Assembly: GCA_965649765.1 (NCBI GenBank)
Contig: OZ287751.1
Location: forward strand, 5,332,001 to 5,396,000
From: Bispira polyomma
Taxonomy: Eukaryota
Length of the DNA stretch: 64,000 nucleotides
Reading direction: 5' to 3'
A program made the translations under genes and the position numbers. Position 1 is the stretch's first letter; each line of letters begins with the position of its first letter. The notes below the pieces were generated by a model that had not been told where the DNA came from, searched no databases, and was given only the letters and a program-made list of their open reading frames with translations. Of this stretch, positions 50,546-62,890 are shown piece after piece.

Positions 50546-52601
50546 TCCTGCCGAGTAGATCATTTTAATGCATTATACTTGTCAGTAAGCGTTTTGCGTT
50601 CTTTTTATTTACAGAGGTGTTGATAGTATTTTAAAGTATGGATACAGTGTGTAATGCATGTCTCCATCATCTAGGGAGTTTGTGCTCAAAGAGTAGATCC
50701 AGTCCTACAACATAGTATAAGTCGTCATCAGTAGGCAATGGCCTGAATACCTCTTGTGCAAGGCTGTTAACATCCCATGAATCATTGTTAGTATGATTAT
50801 TTAAGGAATAACACATGATAAAGCATGGTGTACGGCAATTTTTACCACATCTGGAAGCGTAGTAACAAAATGAAGGCGACACCTGAGTGTTTTCTAAAAA
50901 TTTATTCTTTTCTCAAATTGACATATACCATGCTTTGACAAATTACCAGAAAATTTTCAGCAAATAGCAAGTTAGTTATAAGGATTTTGACATCACACAA
51001 TTTTGTTGTAAAATACACATGGCAGAATGGACGTCAAAATACCCATGCCGTTTTAGTTACTGCTACTAATTATATCTTTCATTCATGATGTAAGGTCACC
51101 GTAAGATGTATCGAAAATAATTTAGTGACAAAAAGCTATTCGAATCCCTCTTAAAAGAAAGGAATAAATTGTGAAGATTTATGGGCAGTATTTCAGTCAA
51201 TAATAATGCATTTGGGATTTTTGTCAAATATTTCAAATCCTGTCATTGGAGTTCCATATTCTGCCAAAACTTTCTGACAGCTATCCCGAATGGGGTTTCT
51301 GTCAATAGAAATCTTCCTCAGACTACTTGTCGACAAACGAAATAAAGCAACTAAATGTGACATTTTCTAACAAGGCATAAGTAAGTATGGACATCAGTGT
51401 TAGCATTAATTGTTACATTTGGAGTATTGTACAAAAACAACCCAACATATGATCTTAAAAAATTATGGCTATCAAGAAGTCGTTTAGAAGTTTCTTAGTT
51501 TAGAATTTAAGTATGACAACACTGGAGATGTTTAAATTACAGGGGAAAAACAGATAGTGTAAGTGACCACAAAGACACCAATAGTAAATGGTTCTATAGA
51601 ACGCAACGGTGTAAATCCCATCTGTAATTTTTGTGTAAACTTTTAACAGAAGACGGGGGATGCCAAATTCATGAATATTCAGTTATATAAATATGTACAA
51701 AGTAACTCAATTTGGGTACAATGTCTAAATACCAAATGTATGACGTCATATATGCATATATGACCCAAGAAAAAAATGTTGCCAGAGAAAACATTTTAAG
51801 CAAGGTTGAAATGCTTACGCCTAAGTGTAAAGTTTCTTTTAAAAAGGACCAACTCTGCGGTGTTTCTAAATTACAGAAAAAGAACCCAGAACAGCTTGAA
51901 CCCAATCTAGTCAATGATTATTCAGAAGCATGGAGAATTTTCCCCGGCTTTGACAGAAAACCTGCTATATTTAGACTCCTATTAGTGTTTGAAAATACAC
52001 TGTAATTGGTGAAAATGTCAAAACCCCGGAAAAAAGAAGCACACATAAAGTGTTTCTGCAGTATTTTTTATGCCCCTCAATTATTGTTATAAGCTCAATA
52101 AATGGAAGGATGCATTTATTACCTGAGAAATGATTAGAGTTGGTCATATTTTCATATGCATAAGCGAGAGTAAATGACACGCTTAAAGGGGTTGGGTTAC
52201 AACATCTGCATGTATTTGTGGCAGGAGCATTTTAAAAAAACTGTATCATTTTTTGCAAGAAAAATCTCTTCTTAATAAAGCTGCTCAGTCTAGTTGTTTG
52301 GTTTTTTAAATCACAGCCATTAGCTTTAATTTATTGTATGAAGTATATAAAAGGTTTGCAAACTAATCTGTCTGGTCGAAATCCACGAAAACATTTTGGT
52401 TATGCCAAGGACCTACACGTACGATCGTAGCAATCGGGACACCTCAACATTTTTTAAATTGTTATTAAAATGTGGTCCAAACATAGAAAACAATGCCATA
52501 TTCCTATATGGCAAAGTCGTATTACCATGTTTATGGAACCGATGAAGTTCCGAAGATAAAATTAACACTCTGAATGTCTCCAATCATTGTTCTCTGGACA
52601 G

Positions 52602-52840
52602 TATTATTATTACTATGAATTACTAACGCGAACGGTTTATTGATCCTAGGCATTTTCTAAAGTGCAACAGTGGAATCAGTGATCTAATCGTATAGCAAGG
52701 TTATAAGGAAAGAGAGGGGAAACTTAGGTGGGTAGGCAAGGTTGAAAAGATAGTGTTTGAGCTTTTTTCTAAAACCAATCAGTTTATCTACTGATCTGAG
52801 GTCAACTGGGAGACTGTTCAACATAACAAGGGAGCATTAT
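52602..52840 (-). mobile_element. L2-type LINE 3' end fragment
   Basis: APLL(W)NSLPVDLRSVDKLIGFRKKLKHYLFNLAYPP, then a short 3' UTR and (TAA)n tail. Confidence 0.7.
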
Positions 52841-53039
52841 GATGCTATGAGGCTCCATACGACACTTCAGCTGAATCAGCAATATGGCAAAACATTGCAA
52901 AATGTTGCACATCATTTATTATTATCCCCATATATGGAAGATCTTTGTTTTACAAGGGTTGTATAATCTTTTCACACAAGTTCTTAATTTTAATAATGAA
53001 GGCAGTACATGGTGTTATGTTGGCTGAATGGTAAAATGA

Positions 53040-53150
53040 TTACATATGGATGCGTCCGTTTGGTGGAATTGAACTGGATGCCCACAAATTAAGACAAACA
53101 CAAAAGAAACTTAGGTTATTTGCAACGATTTGAAATCAGTCATGAACGTA
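53040..53150 (-). mobile_element. Highly decayed LINE RT fragment
   Basis: DFKSLQ...GIQFNSTK resembles the LQxDL..W...FN..K motif; frameshifted. Confidence 0.3.
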
Positions 53151-54920
53151 GCGGTAAACAGAAAAGGTGTGACCAGAGGCAGAAATAGGACAAGATTTTT
53201 TTTCAATTTAAAAATGGAACAAAAAAAAACTACTTATCCTAGTAGCTTTTGAGGTATAATGTATATATAAAGGTACTCACTTGGCCTTATCCAGATTGGC
53301 TCTTCCACCAAGACATCACAGTATTAAAAATATATATAATAAATCCTGCATCCACTCTTCCACCTGGAACCTCTACAAATGTCAAAAATGTATATTTTTC
53401 TTTCTATCTCTGTACATTGGATATGGAAACAATTCAAGTATTTATAGAAGGTCCTGCAATTTACCTACAGCTTGGACAATTGTCTATCAAATAAGAAAAA
53501 CTGAACTTAATTACTAGTGAAAATATGTAAAAATAATCCATAAAGAAACTTTTTAGTAGACCAGTATCCCTATTACTAGAGCAATTGTCATTATTATAAG
53601 ATGGAGGGAACAGTGTTGCAGCTGCCTTTTGGTTGGGACAAACATACTCTCTTTTATTGTAAAGTTCGTGGTGAATAAGCCTTAAAAGTACATAAGTTAA
53701 GGATTAAACAATGCTCTTAAAACTAGCAAAAATTACAAAATTTATCTGACAAAAAAATCCAAGCCTTATTTGGTTGTTTTTTCTCTTTTATTTAGTCCAG
53801 AGAAAGGTAGTGGTACAATTACCGATGGGCGATAATGTAGGGGCTTCACAGTAGTAAATCAATGGCTCTTCCAAATGCATCCAAATAGCTTATTATATCA
53901 TGGTGGTTTCAAGATGTGGACGAAGTGAGAAATCCCCCAGTTGCTTGATGCCAGTATACTATTAACTCTGACATTGTAAGTGCCCTTAAAACTCTCCAGT
54001 ATGAAGCACGTGTATTGTTTGCTGTCAATATAATAGACCAGTGTGACAATCTTTTACATTCAAAAATATGCACTGCTATAAAAGCCCAGAAGTGCCATTT
54101 CTTTTGTTTAAGTAAGTGGTACTTGCAACTTACAAGTTTGTACTCTCAACTTATCGTACGTACCACATAGCAAATTTGTATATACAAGCGATTAATTCCT
54201 ACTTTCCAGTAGTTTCTGTGACTCAAAATATGAAAAAGGTCAAAGAAATGTCGAAAAGACTGGTAAAAGAAATGTATAATTGGAGAATGGTGTTATCTAG
54301 GGCAGATATTATCAGCCATATCTGAATCAGCCATATAAACAACCAGTATTTTACAAGGACATTGATGAGGTTTTTTTTTTTCCCTTATTTATAAAATTTC
54401 AAATATTAATTACAGTTTCCCCACATAGCATTAACACCTCAGTTCAAGGTCAAAAGAGATCGACACTCAAAAACACAGGGAAAACACAGTAATGCTGGAC
54501 ATAGATATTTATTTAGAGTATCTCCGATCTGTTTATTATGTACACTTCCAAGTTACTACAATATGATTGTAAAACAAATACTAACGACACATATTACATA
54601 TTAGTACAAATTACACTGGCCTCAGGTAATTTTTAAGGCCAAAACTTTAAAATAAAATTACTTTAAGAACAATTTTAAATTAAACTCAACTTGAGTTTTG
54701 TTAACCCCTAATGTGGCAGTCACACTGTCCAAGTTCAGGCCACGTTTATGCCAGTTCACTCCTGATCATTGGAACTTGGCTGGTCAGGAGAGAAAGGTGG
54801 GAAAATGTCCATTTGTATTTGCATATATTGCATCCCCTGTTTATGCTCAGGATATGCCCAGTTTTGACTAGATATCCCCATTTTATGACAAATTTATGCC
54901 CAGACCTGACCAGACCTTAT

Positions 54921-55160
54921 AGCCTAGTCACACTTATACGTGCTAACGTCCCACAACGTAGCACAGCAATATAAACTGAAAACGTGGTAGTTACATGTCA
55001 AAGTGACGTCATTTTCATGAAGGCATTTCCAGAACAATATAATCCATTAAGCAACGTCACGAAACCAACGCACCAGGGATCCTCAATTTGGCATTACCTT
55101 CTACTACGTTTCAAAAACGTCAAACACATAGCTCCAACATGCGCTTGGTGTGACCTGGCT
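54921..55160. mobile_element. Harbinger-like MITE (nested)
   Basis: TIR AGCCTAGTCACAC / GTGTGACCTGGCT (11/13), T/A-rich flanks. Confidence 0.6.
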
Positions 55161-55346
55161 TTAAGCAATTCATCACACGTTCATCTAACGTTTGCTCCAA
55201 ATTAACCAAAAGACTCCAGTTTTGGTCAGATCACACAAGCTCTAAGAAGTTTAAGCCCAGTTTACACAAGTTCTGAGCAGTTTATGCCCCGTTTATGCCC
55301 CGACCACACACTTTTGTCCAGTTCTCTTAAGATGTGCTTTCAAAAC

Positions 55347-55537
55347 CAGGGGAGTAGCTAGGAGTTTTTATTTTGTACTCTCCAATTTATCCAAACATTA
55401 TGCTTATTTTAGTGCTCCCATAAATTTGATTTGTGTCATTAATTTTTTTCTAATTCCTTTTGCTTTAATGCTACCATTAAGTCGAGAGTTTTTAATAATT
55501 TTTTGGCTTACTGGCTACTGCACTAGCTACTCCCTTA
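55347..55537. mobile_element. hAT-like MITE (nested)
   Basis: TIR CAGGGGAGTAGCTAG / CTAGCTACTCCCTT; no clear TSD. Confidence 0.5.
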
Positions 55538-55764
55538 AGAGCCGACCACCCACAGAAGATTTGAACATGTTCAAAATTTCCAGCTCTGCCTCCTGTTCCT
55601 GCTGATCTCACCCGTGCATGCCCAGATGTTGGTCGTTTACTTCAGTTCACACAGGTTCTCAGAATGGGGCTCGACCGGTGCAGAGAACGAGAATAGTGAA
55701 AACGCTACATAAGAAGTCTTTACACTTGACCAATCCAAAATGAGAGACGGGGGTCTAGGGATCA

Positions 55765-56092
55765 CAGGGGCGTAGCCAGCGTTAACGCCAGTACGCCCAG
55801 GCGTACCAATTTAATGACAGGAAAGAAAAAAATTTAAAAAAATTATTTTAATAACATAACCCCCCCCCCTTTTCCCCCATTTTTTTTTTCAAAACTCATT
55901 CTTTTCTATTAATTTATTTGTCATACACAAAGTATTGTTTAAAGTAATTTAAAATATCAAAGAAGGTACAATGAAAGAGGTTTACTAATAAGCACTTGAG
56001 TAAACATTTTAATATACAGAAAAAATAGTGAGAGAGAAAAGAGAAAAAGACAAATGATGCCTGGGTGTTTATATGAGCCTGCTACGGCTATC
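55765..56092. mobile_element. Degenerate hAT-like MITE
   Basis: 5' CAGGGGCGTAGCCAG...TACGCCCAGGCGTA; weak inverse GCCTGGGTG...GCTACGG. Confidence 0.35.
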
Positions 56093-57109
56093 ATGCAGAA
56101 GATGACGTCATCAGGACGTGTTATACACATGTTTTCTCTTAATATTAAGACAACCTCAGAATATCAAGATAACATGTCCTATAACAACTGGTGTTTATAA
56201 AAGTGAGACAAATATTTTTTTAAAAAGAATAACAAACAAATAATCTAATTAACTTGCCGACACCTTCATATTCTATTTAACTAAACCATTTTTTCACTGT
56301 TTCACTATTTATTTTCAATATTGACGAAAGATTATTTTTCTTTAAAATCAATTTAAATCTAAGTGCGCACTGTGTAAATAATGGTTACCCTTCAAACTAA
56401 TCTACTTAACTACTAAACATAACCGAGTCGTTGTAATAGGAACATGCAACATATTTTACATTTACACCTTTTTTCTACAGACCTTAAGTATTGGTCGTAA
56501 ATTCAGTTTAGCAATTATATGGTAAATGTTCATAACACCCCCAAGCACGATATTATAGCATAAAAATAACAAGTGGATTACAGAAAAAAAAACAATTGCT
56601 GAGTAAAGTCGATGTTTTTTTCCTCTTTACATTTCTGTTCCTCTCAAGAGGACCTTTTTAATGGGTGTGACAATTATCACTGAGAGAATTGCTTCCAAAG
56701 TGGTTCAATCAACTAGACACAACACACACCTTGTGATGATGTTTTTCAATCACTGTTTTCACTGTTTATTCACCTAAAGCAACTACTTAAAAGGACAATC
56801 ACTGTTTGAATAATTGGACCATGTAAAAAAAACATGTTAATTTACTTTGCCAATATTTTTAGCAATTTTTGGGAAAAAAAGTATACTCAAACCACATGTT
56901 GTAGCAAATTTTTGGCCTCTAGCCATTAGCAAATCTGATCCCCCAGAAATAAGAAGAATTTAAAACGGAAAATCCATTACACAACCGGATAATACGCAAC
57001 AGCTAGACTCTGAAAATGGAGTTTTATTATTTACTTATCATTGTCCGTGTACAGGTACACATAATTCCATCACAAATGAAGGCCAGTGTTATCTGTATTT
57101 AGTCCAATG

Positions 57110-57790
57110 TGTCACTTACCCCTTACATCCACCTTCTTGGCTTTGTCTACAAACCTTCTTTAGGTCTCTTCGTTCGGCCTCTGTTTCTCTTTTCTGTTAG
57201 CGTCCATCCCATGGATACCTCAGGAATGGAATCAGGATGCATTCTGCCCACTTGTCCTCTTATCCAATGCCAAACATCTCTTTCATGCCAGTAATGTTGT
57301 GTTTGTCATTTCATAAAGGTTTCCATTGAAGCTCATTTAGTTTGGATAAAAGCAGGTTCATGAATAAAGGAATATTTTGGTATAAATTTACACATAATGC
57401 AAATTTGGTAAAGTGACAGTATATACATGAATTCTAATGAAAGAATCTTCATTAGAGATGCTATTTGGCCAGAATAGTTTTTATGATTCTTTAGAATTGG
57501 CTTTTTGGAAAGCCTTCTAGTATTTGGATGATGGTTTAAGTGGTTTTCCAGGCCTCAGTAATGTATAACAGGACACTCAGTGTGTCAACTTTGAATACAT
57601 CCTTTTTGGATTTTATCCTGATATCAAAGGGAACTCAACATAATCTTCAATGCATTCCATAATGATTTAGGAATTTTCAAGCATTCCATAATGATTTAAG
57701 GGAATTTTCCTAGGACTGTTATGTTCATGCTGTCAAAAGCTTTTGCAAAGTCATTGAAATTTGCAAAAAAGTTAAAGTCCCATGCTTTTA
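57110..57790 (-). mobile_element. Decayed, internally deleted RTE-clade LINE
   Basis: FNDFAKAFDSM; LSVLLYITEAW; FWPNSISNED; WHWIRGQVGRMHPDSIPEVSMGWTLTEKRNRGR. Confidence 0.8.
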
Positions 57791-58049
57791 CTTTGTTCTA
57801 CGACTTGTTAATTTGCAAGGCTTAAATTAAAAAAAACAATGAAATAAAATGCTAAATTTGTTTGACCATTCCAAAATGCTAGCATGTTACAATTAAATGT
57901 TGCTATTATACATAATCATCAAACCGACATTTGCCAGTACAAAATCAACGACTTTAGTTTTACCTGTGCATATTTTTGGCCCTCTTTAAAGACTGTATTG
58001 GAACAATAGCTTTCACAATGCATCCTTTAATAACATACTGCAAATAGAC

Positions 58050-58351
58050 TGCAAATTCAATGATCAAACATGTATATAACTACTCCAAACTAAAACTACA
58101 CCTGGACAAAACGGAATTCATTCTTAATATAGAACAAGAAAAACGGTGAATTCTTAAAACGCTCGTTCCCTATTCTCCTTTCGGGAAAAGACATCCTACC
58201 TTCCGAAAATGCAAAAAACCTGGGTGTCACTTGTAAATCAGTTTTTTGTTTTTTTTTGTTTGACACTCATATTTTCAACATCTGCCGCTCCTGCTACTAC
58301 CACATTCAGGACATCAAAAGAATATTAAAGCACCTGTCAATGGATTCTGCA
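58050..58351 (+). mobile_element. L2-type LINE ORF2 fragment
   Basis: KLKLHLDKTEFIL; SENAKNLGVT; FDTHIFNICRSCYYHIQDIKRILKHL. Confidence 0.8.
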
Positions 58352-58356
58352 ATAAT

Positions 58357-58464
58357 TGTGGTTATGTTTTACCTATGTCCATATTCACCTTTGTCAATGT
58401 GGTTATGTTTTACCCATGTCCATCTTCACCTTTGTCAATGTGGGTATGTTTTACTCATGTCCAT
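58357..58464. repeat. 41-bp minisatellite, about 2.6 copies
   Basis: TGTGGTTATGTTTTACCYATGTCCATMTTCACCTTTGTCAA. Confidence 0.85.
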
Positions 58465-59346
58465 TGCTTGGTTGGTTGTCACTATGATTATATAAAACCT
58501 ACCGATGGTTGAATGTGGTTCATGGATGCAGCTATATAATTTAATAGTACACAGCACAACTAAGGTTTTACCTTTATTATACACTATATTTTATCATTGC
58601 CATGCTTAAAATCTAACAAAATAGAAGAAAAATAATCCCTGTGGATATTTTTATGCACTCTAATTTTGTTTCCAGATCTTTATAACGTCATAAGGGATTA
58701 TATAGTTGACACAGAGAAAATGAAATCCAACACACGCTCGTAAATAACACCTCTAAACCCGATACGCAGACTGAACATCAAAGTCTTTCATACCCTTTCA
58801 ATACAATATTTATATTTTGTCTTTTAACTATACTTAGTCATATGTATATAAACAGGGTTTTTTTATAGGTATACCATATATTTTTAAAGTCCGGTATAAC
58901 ATTTATGTCACATACGGTCGAATAATTAGGCGTATGTTTTGGCTGTTCCAACATTTTATCTGTAACCCTAGTTATATGAAGTCTGATCATAGTTCACATT
59001 CTACCACTTCTGCAGTGATTGACTGAGCTGTCGATAATAATTGGTTGACAAACCGCCAAGATCGGGGAGGGATTTCGGTGTCAACTTTCAAATACATCAT
59101 TTCTGTCACAAAATATACCCCCTCCCCACGGAAATCATCAACTCTGGGGTAACATATGGGAAAAAAGTGGAGGGTGCAGGGTTTGTGAGGAAAATAGCCC
59201 ACTTGTGGCAGAAACTCGGGTGTTATTGCATGGGGTTTATTGTGATAGAGAATTAGGTCATAACTTTTGTATCTACAGGGCTTTTTTAGACTACTTCATT
59301 GTATATCAATTTATTGCTGACAATTTATTCAGCTTCATCTTATTAA

Positions 59347-59652
59347 CCCTTTCGAGCCGAAGACAAAACTATCTCCGGGAAAATTTTTTTTTCTAGAACA
59401 GGTTTCAGATAGTTGGAGGCACTAAAACACACTCAGCAGACTAAAAAAGAGAGTTCTGAAAAAAGACGCGTTGAAAAACAGTCTTACATATCTTTTTCTA
59501 AGCAAATGAGTCTGCTGTATTAACAGTATCTTTTTGCGAAGAACTGAAGGGAAACCATTAATATTTTGGTGTGTCGACTGCTCGCCGACAGACAGGTTCT
59601 TAGAGTAATAAATGCAGTTGACCGCTTGCCGACAACCTAGGAGTCAAAAGGG
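59347..59652. mobile_element. piggyBac-like MITE
   Basis: TTAA-CCCTTTCGA ... TCAAAAGGG-TTAA. Confidence 0.72.
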
Positions 59653-60384
59653 TTAATTCAGTAATTTGAGTTGTTGTTTTACTGATATCCTATTAAGGTT
59701 GTTACAGGTGGCCATGTGTTGTTTTTATAATCTGTCAACTGACATTCATCAATAACTCTTTCATTGCAGACATATACAAGAAACATACTGACTCTATGGT
59801 ATGTGTTTTAGGGTAGGTATATCTCTTTATCAGTGTTCATATTTTCAATACAGCTATGTAGCAAACTCACCTGTTGCCCCCATGTAGAAGTACGTGGGTT
59901 TCAATCTTAGGCAAGGCATGTAGGCACAGAAACTTGGCCATAGACTTTGTGAATGTAGGTCGGTTGCATCAGCCTTCACCAACTACACATTCTGCTTTCC
60001 TGCACCAAAAAATTTACGGTGGTCAGAGATTGAAAGCCTTGTCTTAGATAAATGGGCTTTGCCAGTTATTTTATAATGGGAGTTTTAATAGGTGTTTTCA
60101 TAGGTACCACGGATGAGGCCCGTTTTTATGTCATATTATTTTTTCTTTATATTTTCAACAATTTTTGGTTGCCAGTTTTGTTTTGAGAATACCACTGATG
60201 TCACAATATTGCGTCCTCAAGATTAAGGAAGTTTACTGGAAAGATATATTCCTAGAAGGTGATAATATGGTGTCCTATGGAGTTTTATTACAAACCACGA
60301 TAAATCCACTAATGTTAATGATTGAACCTATGCCTTTGTGTTAAATAACCTCTAATTATAGACACCAGCGTGATCTTAAGTTAA

Positions 60385-60814
60385 CCCCCCCCCCCCCCTC
60401 CACCACCCCCACTCCCCTCTTCCACCCAGTGACTCTAAAGGGGGCAGAGAGATATGATTACTCATTATAGCCACAGAGAGAGCCAGTCAGTAGATAATGA
60501 GAACCTTCCTCATCCTCCAGCTTCATCTTAGACATCGCCCTCCCCAACTCCAAATAAATCCATTGAAAACACCCCCACCCCCGTCTTAACCGCCCCCCAC
60601 CCCCCCCCACCCCCCACCCCCCCACCCCCCCCACCCCCATCGTGTTGACAGTATAAGACGCGACATGATTTAAGAGCCTCGTTCACTGACCAATAGAAAG
60701 TATGCTTTCAGGGACCAGCCAATAGGAAGTCTCCTTTTAAATCTGGTAGGAAGAGAAGAAATCTATTGCCTTGTGTCTGTGTGTGGAAGAAAGTCTGGGA
60801 ACCATTAAGTAAGT
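60385..60814. promoter_or_regulatory. Candidate promoter: C-rich tracts, two CCAAT boxes, TATA-like TTTTAAA, downstream 5' splice donor
   Basis: GACCAATAG (CCAAT 60690) and AGCCAATAG (60719); TTTTAAAT ~60735; AA|GTAAGT 60809. Confidence 0.45.
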
Positions 60815-62240
60815 CTTTCACTCCTCACCAGTTCAGTGTTAGGGTTCAAGTAATCCCATTTACCGCATTGCTGGCTTCCCACAATACAAACAGCACTGCC
60901 TTATTATTCACTCATTGCAGTTTACAGCAATATAAAGTCTGTTCCCTCCAAGTCTCCCACTTGTGTTTTTTTGGGGTTTTTTTTTTTTGCACTTTGCTGT
61001 GTTTCTGGTTTAATGTGTGGTATATTTGGATGCAAAACATATATAACAACAGGAAGTGGCAATTGGTAGAGTGCATACTTCCACCAATACGCTACAGTAC
61101 CAAATATGATTTTAAACATAAGTCCTGCATCCGCCCATCTACTCGGATAGTCTCCAACCCTTACTGTCTACTTTCTTGGCCTATGCCCTATCTCTGCATT
61201 AAATTGTATACCTTATGTGATAACCACAACAAAAACATAACTTTCTTGACAGAGACAATACTAAAGATGATATTAAGAGGGTTTTTGTGATGTAAATATA
61301 AGAGAGCACCTGCTGGATGGTATGAGGTAGAACTTAATAGTTGACATAGGTTGTGACAAGCATCCAGGGTGGAGTCTCCAGAGAGATTTCTATGGACACT
61401 GGTTCCCTATTATGGTTTATGAGTGATATATATCTTCTGAATTTGAATTTCTTATTAAAATATGAAACAACTGCAACATTGTGGAATCTATTGGAATCAA
61501 GGCTTAATCTAGATTGGGATTTATTTCAACAATTGAGTATAGTATATGGTAGATGGTAGAAATTCTGCACTGTTTTTTGTGGATGCGTCTCATAGAAGTG
61601 ATGTTTATTTTAGTTAAATGCTGGATTCAAGAAAGCAGGATTTTACTGTACTAGAATCATCAATAAGAATACGTTAATAAAATCTTTAAAAGTATTCTGC
61701 ATTGTAAACAGTACATCTCACTATATCAGCATTACACTCTTCATATTGATCTTCTTTGCAGTTTATTGTTTTAATATAGTATGACATGACATAATAAAAA
61801 ATGGCAAAGGGAAGGGAAAACAATAAAACACAAAAACCTGGGCCAGCATCTAGTTCTAGCAGCTGTGAAGTCATTCAACTGACAACAATTGGAACTATGT
61901 CCCTTATACACTGCTCTTGTCACATGAATAGCCATATACCGTATACCCCCGAGTTGTGGCCAAGTCAAAATACAAGTATTGTACTATTATATTTGTCTGA
62001 CTCTCTCAGTGAGACAGGCCCAAGGCCAGTTTAACTATGTGTCTTAGTTTAACAAAAGACTCCTTAAACTTAGGGAATTAGGATAGGATAATTTGTTACA
62101 GGAGGCGTTTATCTGATATGAGCAGTTAGTGAAATGCATATGACATGTTTACATTGTAAATATATGTTTCACCAACTTTAAAAGTACAAGCATTTCTTTT
62201 ACTTTTTCCCCCTCTCCGTATTCCTTTACTTTTATCATGG

Positions 62241-62372
62241 NNNNNNNNNNNNNNNNNNNNNNNNNNNNNNNNNNNNNNNNNNNNNNNNNNNNNNNNNNNN
62301 NNNNNNNNNNNNNNNNNNNNNNNNNNNNNNNNNNNNNNNNNNNNNNNNNNNNNNNNNNNNNNNNNNNNNNNN
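62241..62372. other. Assembly gap
   Basis: 132 N. Confidence 1.
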
Positions 62373-62890
62373 CAAGCAGCCTAGACGTGTGTGGTTGAGT
62401 GTGTACATGCTTATGTGTGTGAACTCAGTAGATACCAGTGATTTTACATTGAGACGCAAGCAGAACTTTTTTCAGTTTACTCCAATTTGTCAAATACACA
62501 GGGGCTGATTACCTGAGTGGTTTCTGGGGGGAGAGAGAGAGGGAGGGGGAGAGCTCTAGCTTCTACTACTACTATAACTACAGCTGGTGGTAGTGGTTTT
62601 AACGGAAAGAGAGGATTAAAGAGAGAGCTATAAGAGACAAGGATAGACTCTGGTGGTTCAAAGCAGAGAGGGGGATACTGCTTGTTTCTGCTTCAAACTT
62701 AAGGCGTCTTGTGACACAGATAAAGCTACGTAAAGACAAAAACTATGTGCTGCCTGGATTCTGCCTTATTTAACACACACTCGTTTCTTGGGTACTTTAC
62801 TTTTGCTTCAATTGTGAGAAGGCTTTGTGAATAGTGACAGATTGATCTAGTGTTTGTGTGTGCAACTACATTTTGTCAATAAGCATAATA

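Larger units (their letters stand above)
54712..55709. mobile_element. PIF/Harbinger-like non-autonomous element carrying nested MITEs
   Basis: TAA on both flanks; degenerate TIRs TGTGGCAGTCACACTG / TAGTGAAAACGCTACA; internal TTTGAACATGTTCAAA palindrome. Confidence 0.5.

Noticed and set aside
50667-50882. 71-aa minus ORF behind a possible acceptor
   Set aside because: No recognisable family and no partner exons
59860-60010. Possible decayed tRNA-derived SINE
   Set aside because: Only a weak B-box-like GGTTTCAATC; no A box, tail or TSD
60766-62034. 174-aa and shorter ORFs upstream of the gap
   Set aside because: Low-complexity, intron-like composition, no motifs
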